From an uncultured virus (IMG/VR IMGVR_UViG_3300021420_000030) (taxonomy: Duplodnaviria > Heunggongvirae > Uroviricota > Caudoviricetes): a stretch of DNA of 20,000 nucleotides. Position numbers and translations under genes: made by a program. The notes below the pieces were generated by a model. It ran no database searches. It had not been told where the DNA came from and saw only the letters and a list, made by a program, of their open reading frames with translations. The DNA lies in IMG/VR virus record IMGVR_UViG_3300021420_000030; one strand, given 5' to 3'. How positions within the stretch are numbered: position 1 is the stretch's first letter; every line of letters starts with the position of its first letter. Positions 15,785-20,000 of the stretch are shown one piece after another.

Positions 15785-16272
15785 AGCTCCCCACAAACCG
15801 TGGATGCTGTTCCCCTATAGCCCGTACCTCATGCAGTTGCTGTAGCCGGTTGCTACGGCGTAAGCAACACAATCGAAACAACTAAGCTCCATACTTACGG
15901 TTTTCCTGCAATGCGGCAATTATTGAGACACCAGGAAATTTTTTGGGAAAGAGCGTGGGGATGCGCCGGGCCGCGACCATGCCTCAACCCCCTGGACAAT
16001 GTATCGGGCACAATGACAATGGATATAGCGCGGATAAGGCTTGACACGCAATGGGGATGGCGGTGTGACGTTCAGTAAAGCGGGGATGGTGTGAGACCTG
16101 AACATCCGTTAGGGACTAATGTCAAGTAAAAGGTGAATGTCTGAATCCGGAGCGAAAGCGCGAGCTTGAGCGAAGGATCGTACCTTATGAATAAGGATTG
16201 ACAATCGCGCATATATATAAGGTCCGGTAGGATACCGGATGCACGTTAGGTTAAATAAGTGCTTGTAGGCTA

Positions 16273-16302
16273 TAGACAAGTACCCAACGCATAGGGTACA
16301 AT
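16273..16302 (+). promoter_or_regulatory. Promoter for the plus-strand arm, with overlapping inverted repeat
   Basis: TAGACA-18 nt-TACAAT, overlapped by GTACCC-N8-GGGTAC. Confidence 0.5.
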
Positions 16303-16509
16303 GTCTTCAGTTTAGTGAGAGTTTGATGTGTTGGGCTTAGGGAAGAGGTAAGCCATTTCGAGAGCCTTCGCGCTACTGCCAGCGGCGCGACAGGCGATGA
16401 CCGATGTTCCTTCCCTTCGGAAAGCGCCCCGTCTGATGTATCTCTCATAAGCTCCGTATGCCTTCGGGAAACTGGGGGTAACGGTATTCACTTGAAAGAG
16501 GATTTCGTT

Positions 16510-17247
16510 ATGGTTCGTAAGAATACAGTTGAGATCGAGGAAGTGGATTCAGTTCCAGAGAACACGGCTATCCTGAATAAGGATGGCGAAGTCACGGGGC
16601 TGAGTAACACGTTTGGGAAAGAAGCGCGGCAGTGTGCGGAGGATTTGGGTAAGGCATTGAAGGGCTCCGGTAGAAAGCTTGAGCTTTCAATCCAGCTTTA
16701 TCAAGTCTATCAGCTGTGGAAGGGAGAGGATAAGACGAAGGGAACGCCGCTATTCGTTTACGAAATAATGGGCGATAAGACATGCCCGAAGTCATACGGA
16801 GCGGTCGGTAGCGATGAACGGAAAAAGGTGAACGGGAACACGGTACACAACGGTGTTCTGCATATGTTCAACAAAATTGCGAAACCGGCTATTGCCGCTC
16901 AAGAGGAGCGGGAAGCACTGGCGGAAAAGGGAGTCGATGTCAAGGACGATAAAGCGGTCATGGCTTTCAAAAAGCAACACAATGCCACAACGAAAGCCGA
17001 TAACCTGGCCGATGCGATTGCACGGTTTAATAAGTTGTGTGTGGCAATCGACCGGGACGGGATTCACAATGAGAGCAATATGAGAGAGCTGCTCTACTTC
17101 GCCGGGTATGAGAAAAACAGCGGTGAAGGCGTAGAAGCCGCATTGACGCCCAATGGTGAGAAGCTGAAAGCTGCTGCGATCTCAGCGATACTGGCAGCCC
17201 GGGGCAAGGTCGCGGTAGACGCGGTAGCCAAAGCAACAGTGAAGTAA
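16510..17247 (+). CDS. Hypothetical early protein (Lys/Ala/Glu-rich)
   Basis: GAGGA RBS before the ATG at 16510. 245 aa. No recognised motif. Confidence 0.8.
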   Translation: MVRKNTVEIEEVDSVPENTAILNKDGEVTGLSNTFGKEARQCAEDLGKALKGSGRKLELSIQLYQVYQLWKGEDKTKGTPLFVYEIMGDKTCPKSYGAVGSDERKKVNGNTVHNGVLHMFNKIAKPAIAAQEEREALAEKGVDVKDDKAVMAFKKQHNATTKADNLADAIARFNKLCVAIDRDGIHNESNMRELLYFAGYEKNSGEGVEAALTPNGEKLKAAAISAILAARGKVAVDAVAKATVK

Positions 17248-17253
17248 TTCGGA

Positions 17254-17285
17254 CACAGGGGACCGTAGAAATACGGTCCCCTGTG
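17254..17285 (+). terminator. Perfect 14-bp hairpin with GAAA loop (terminator or processing/stability stem)
   Basis: CACAGGGGACCGTA-GAAA-TACGGTCCCCTGTG right after the stop codon. The U-tract is weak. Confidence 0.55.
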
Positions 17286-17308
17286 CTGTGTTCCAAGAAA
17301 GGGGAAAA

Positions 17309-17455
17309 ATGAAATTTCGATTCACCCGTGAGTTTTTGTACACATCCGGATCGTATGCCTACCGTGGCTTACTCGATCCAGAAACGTATGTTGTCATGGA
17401 AGATAACTCGATACTCAACATGGCCGACGATTGCACGATTGAGTACAACGAATAA
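17309..17455 (+). CDS. 48-aa hypothetical protein (not in ORF track)
   Basis: AAGGGG RBS. MKFRFTREFLYTSGSYAYRGLLDPETYVVMEDNSILNMADDCTIEYNE, followed by a terminator. Confidence 0.6.
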   Translation: MKFRFTREFLYTSGSYAYRGLLDPETYVVMEDNSILNMADDCTIEYNE

Positions 17456-17475
17456 AAAGTAGGTTTACATAATAT

Positions 17476-17511
17476 GCCGCATGGGATTTATTCTCATGCG
17501 GCTATTTTTTT
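17476..17511 (+). terminator. Intrinsic terminator
   Basis: GCCGCATGGGA-TTTAT-TCTCATGCGGC-TATTTTTTT. Confidence 0.85.
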
Positions 17512-17629
17512 GCCCATTAATGGTAGTCTGGTAGAACGTCATGTCTATAGCAATGGCACAATACACGATACATCGACACATCATAACCAAACACGATAGG
17601 GGCGTCCGGTAGAATACCGGAGAGGAATT

Positions 17630-18058
17630 ATGGGGAATACCTTTGGACGCATTGTTGGTACGGTCTATTACGCCTGTCCCTCCTGTAACGCCGTCCATAA
17701 AGCCAACATGGACGCTACCAAACAAGAAACCCATTGTCCCTCGTGCAATACCACGTGGATTGTCGCCTTAGCCCTATGGGAAAAGCCCCGCGGCGCATGC
17801 CATGTCCCTAGAGACCAGCTCCTCATTGGAGAGAAATTTGCCAACCGCAGGCTCGCCAACCGCGTCTATTGCGATGGCTGTGGCAAAGCCCTGTGGAACG
17901 ATCAAAGCCCTCTAGAGAAAAAGCCCAGAAAGCCCTATACGCGCCCTCCGGGAAAACCCACCGGAAATCCCAGGGGCAGGCCACGGCAATACCCGGAGGG
18001 CGAAAACCCCAACACGCCCCCAAAACCCTGGTGGTTTAAAAAGCCCGGACCGGAGTAA
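17630..18058 (+). CDS. Zn-ribbon protein with AT-hook-like tail
   Basis: CPSC, CPSC and CDGC pairs. C-terminal KPTGNPRGRPR. GGAGAGG RBS. Confidence 0.75.
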   Translation: MGNTFGRIVGTVYYACPSCNAVHKANMDATKQETHCPSCNTTWIVALALWEKPRGACHVPRDQLLIGEKFANRRLANRVYCDGCGKALWNDQSPLEKKPRKPYTRPPGKPTGNPRGRPRQYPEGENPNTPPKPWWFKKPGPE

Positions 18059-18068
18059 AGGAGATATT

Positions 18069-18254
18069 ATGGAATTTCAGAAAGAATTAGAATCGCTCTT
18101 GAATCGCTATAGCCGCGAGAACGCTTCCAATACGCCGGATTTCATCCTTGCGGAGTATCTCGTGAACTGTCTGGAGTCATGGAATCAGGCCACCATCCAT
18201 CGTGAGAAATGGTATGGGCGCGCGCCACAGCCCTCCAAAATTCAAACAGAATAG
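18069..18254 (+). CDS. Small phage protein of unknown function
   Basis: AAGGAG RBS. LLNRYSRENASNTPDFILAEYL, a motif I recognise from small phage hypotheticals. Confidence 0.8.
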   Translation: MEFQKELESLLNRYSRENASNTPDFILAEYLVNCLESWNQATIHREKWYGRAPQPSKIQTE

Positions 18255-18315
18255 GGATTTTGTTACACAACCTCCTTGTTTTGTTTTCAACAACATCCTG
18301 TTGTGTTACACAAAA

Positions 18316-18543
18316 TCACAGGGAAGCCCGTTGCTTCCACTCATGGATCTCTTTAAGCGCCTGTTCCAGAATCTTATTCCGTTCCTTGCAATACGGTTTG
18401 TGCTGCTTGAATAAATAGCGGGCGATATCCAGCCCGCATAGATCGCACGGAATACAACACATAATCGCGTGCTTAAAGCCCCTGTTCTGATGACATTGGC
18501 AATAACAACGATGATCGAGAACACTCTCTTTTTTTTCGCTCAT
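18316..18543 (-). CDS. Cys/His-rich small protein, opposite in orientation to its neighbours
   Basis: CYCQCH...H...CCIPCDLCG...H...C followed by a helical tail. Confidence 0.55.
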   Translation of the reverse strand: MSEKKESVLDHRCYCQCHQNRGFKHAIMCCIPCDLCGLDIARYLFKQHKPYCKERNKILEQALKEIHEWKQRASL

Positions 18544-18655
18544 AGACACACCAATCCTAAAAGAGAACCCCCTAAGAAGAACACTCTACAATCCGGGAAC
18601 CAGATCCAAGACCACTATTCCACGGGCCTCGCACGTGTGAAATCTCTCGAACACC

Positions 18656-18679
18656 AAAAAAAGAACGCTTTGCGCGTTC
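18656..18679 (-). terminator. Intrinsic terminator/attenuator upstream of the Cys-rich gene
   Basis: GAACGC-GCAAA-GCGTTC-TTTTTTT, nested inside an alternative ATCTCTCGAAC/GTTCGAGAGAT stem. Confidence 0.6.
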
Positions 18680-18819
18680 GAGAGATCCACGAAAGCACAT
18701 TCCGTCGGGGTAGCTGCTTTCGAGATCCGACATCCATCCAGCATCATCGCCTTCCTGCGTGACCCATGACTCGGCTAATGGACCCTCGGACAGGTACTTA
18801 CCGGCCTGCTGCTTACGCC

Positions 18820-18897
18820 TTAGCGCAGGGAGAAAAGAACGGCGCTGTAATGTCCGACAGTGGATTCAATTTTTATGAGATCCAAACCGTTATGCAT
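18820..18897 (-). CDS. Possible 25-aa leader peptide
   Basis: GGAG-7 nt-ATG. MHNGLDLIKIESTVGHYSAVLFSLR. Confidence 0.3.
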   Translation of the reverse strand: MHNGLDLIKIESTVGHYSAVLFSLR

Positions 18898-18924
18898 TTC
18901 AACGCTCCAAACCATTTACATTTT

Positions 18925-18996
18925 GAAGCGACGGTCCGGGCAACCCGGTTTGGTAGGCTGTCCTTGGTGGGAGCCAAGTAAGCCCGACCGCACCCC
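18925..18996 (-). ncRNA. Three-way-junction RNA, C4/CI-like antisense RNA candidate
   Basis: Closing stem GGGGUGCGGUC/GACCGUCGCUUC, whose G.U pairs fix the strand. Inner stem GGCU..CUUGG-CUCCCA-CCAAG..AGCC, junction ACCAAA, hairpin CCGGG-UUG-CCCGG. TTGACT lies upstream at 19021-19026. Confidence 0.55.
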
Positions 18997-19072
18997 AAAA
19001 TTCCCATATTTCCACGCTACAGTCAAGAACTATTTTTAGAGCCTCCTCGGCCCTCCCAATGCCCGCAGGCTA

Positions 19073-19101
19073 TTGCCAAGTCCTCAATATTTTGATATAA
19101 T
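19073..19101 (+). promoter_or_regulatory. Strong sigma70-type promoter
   Basis: TTGCCA-17 nt-TATAAT with a TGn extension. Confidence 0.8.
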
Positions 19102-19179
19102 AGTTCTTGTAAGTGGTAATAGATTCAGTGGATTGAGAGAAGTCTCCGGTATTCGACCGGAGGGAAAGGAGACAGGAAA

Positions 19180-19503
19180 ATGGCATTTGATCTGAATAAA
19201 GCCTTGGCTTTCCTGAGGGAGCAGGAGAAGGATGAAGCTCAGGCCAATCATAGCGATGCGGTACGCGCGGCCATCCGCATCCTGGTTCGTGCCAAAGCCC
19301 AGATTCATCAGGAGGCGATGGCGAAAGAAGCGAAGCTTGATCGTATGATTCGGCTTCTCGATGAACAGATTCCGAAAGCTCAGGCGGATACGTCAAAGGA
19401 AACCAATGGCAAGATCCGCCGGGCATTGGCACGGGAGAAGAAACGCCGTCCTGAGGCGTTCCATCCTGAAGTGAAAGTGAATTTTCCCGGCTGGGTGAAA
19501 TAA
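19180..19503 (+). CDS. Hypothetical helical protein
   Basis: 107 aa, AGGAG/AGGA RBS, first gene after the promoter. Confidence 0.75.
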   Translation: MAFDLNKALAFLREQEKDEAQANHSDAVRAAIRILVRAKAQIHQEAMAKEAKLDRMIRLLDEQIPKAQADTSKETNGKIRRALAREKKRRPEAFHPEVKVNFPGWVK

Positions 19504-19542
19504 ACGGCTCCGGTCCGATACCGGAAGAAAGAGGAAAAGCAA

Positions 19543-19836
19543 ATGGTAAAGAAAACTGAAGTAAAGGAAAAAGGACGGCCTGTGATTGTAACTACCGTTC
19601 ATCGCGGCGTGTTTTTTGGGTATGCCGAAGATACTACGGGAGAGACGATCTTCCTGAGACGGTCCAGGCTATGTCTGCAATGGACGGCTGACTTGCGTGG
19701 CTTCATGGGACTTGCCGCAATGGGACCATCCAGTGGATGCAAGATTGGGCCGCCTGCGGATATTACTCTTCGGTCCATAACGGCGGTATTGGAAGTGACC
19801 GCAGAAGCGGAGGCCAAATGGAATTCAGCGAAGTGA
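19543..19836 (+). CDS. DUF6948-like protein
   Basis: GRPVIVTTVHRGVFFG...LRRSRLCLQW...GLAAMGP, followed by a Gly-X repeat ORF as I recall is usual for this family. Confidence 0.75.
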   Translation: MVKKTEVKEKGRPVIVTTVHRGVFFGYAEDTTGETIFLRRSRLCLQWTADLRGFMGLAAMGPSSGCKIGPPADITLRSITAVLEVTAEAEAKWNSAK

Positions 19837-19970
19837 TTGTGAGTCGCGGGGTATTACCCGACTTCATCGAGGCATTCTCCGGGTACGGGTCCGGGTCCGG
19901 GTACGGGTACGGGTACGGGTACGGGTACGGGGACGGGTACGGGTCCGGGGACGGGTGGGGGTGCGGGTAG
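19833..19970 (+). CDS. Gly-X (GY/GD/GS) repeat protein
   Basis: GTGA overlap start (alternative ATG at 19818). SGYGSGSGYGYGYGYGYGDGYGSGDGWGCG. Confidence 0.55.
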   Translation: MIVSRGVLPDFIEAFSGYGSGSGYGYGYGYGYGDGYGSGDGWGCG

Positions 19971-20000
19971 GGGGACCGGGACGGGGACGGGTAAGGGGAC
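19881..20000 (+). repeat. GGGTAC/GGGGAC hexamer tandem repeat
   Basis: The hexamer array runs to the window end and continues past the TAG. Confidence 0.9.

Noticed and set aside
16390..16480. Hammerhead ribozyme
   Set aside because: The sequence is CTGATGT rather than CTGANGA, and the stems required around GAAA could not be built.
18469..18981. Plus-strand ORFs 18469..18762 and 18766..18981
   Set aside because: No convincing RBS or motifs. The region is better explained by minus-strand RNA structure and a terminator, though the ORFs are not excluded.
18925..18996. tRNA gene
   Set aside because: It has only two internal arms, with no T-loop GTTC motif, anticodon arm or CCA end.
19881..20000. 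Stop-codon reassignment or DGR variable region
   Set aside because: Other genes end normally at TAG, TAA and TGA and contain no internal stops. There is no reverse transcriptase or template repeat in the window.

Overview
This is a 20 kb piece of a tailed dsDNA phage or prophage genome. Positions ~1-15,100 are a tightly packed minus-strand packaging and head module. In transcription order it holds: Zn-finger ORF, DNA methyltransferase, KTSC protein, probable small terminase, small ORFs, HNH, large-terminase ATPase half, a second HNH, large-terminase nuclease half, a repeated-RHH protein, Zn ribbon, portal, beta-rich virion proteins, small basic peptides, scaffold and major capsid protein. A largely non-coding divergent control region (~15,100-16,500) is followed by mostly plus-strand early-type small genes. 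Highlights: (1) the large terminase is split into two separately translated genes by an HNH endonuclease with no room for an intron, and a close paralog of that HNH sits on the other side of the ATPase half; (2) the capsid gene is cut at a td-like group I intron 5' splice site, and the insert carries an HNH gene on the antisense strand; (3) a C4/CI-like three-way-junction RNA has matching downstream targets over an RBS, followed by a terminator; (4) a stand-alone ~77-nt sRNA candidate; (5) a dispersed TCCGGT-N5-ACCGGA palindrome family. All family calls come from motif recognition by eye, and no searches were run.
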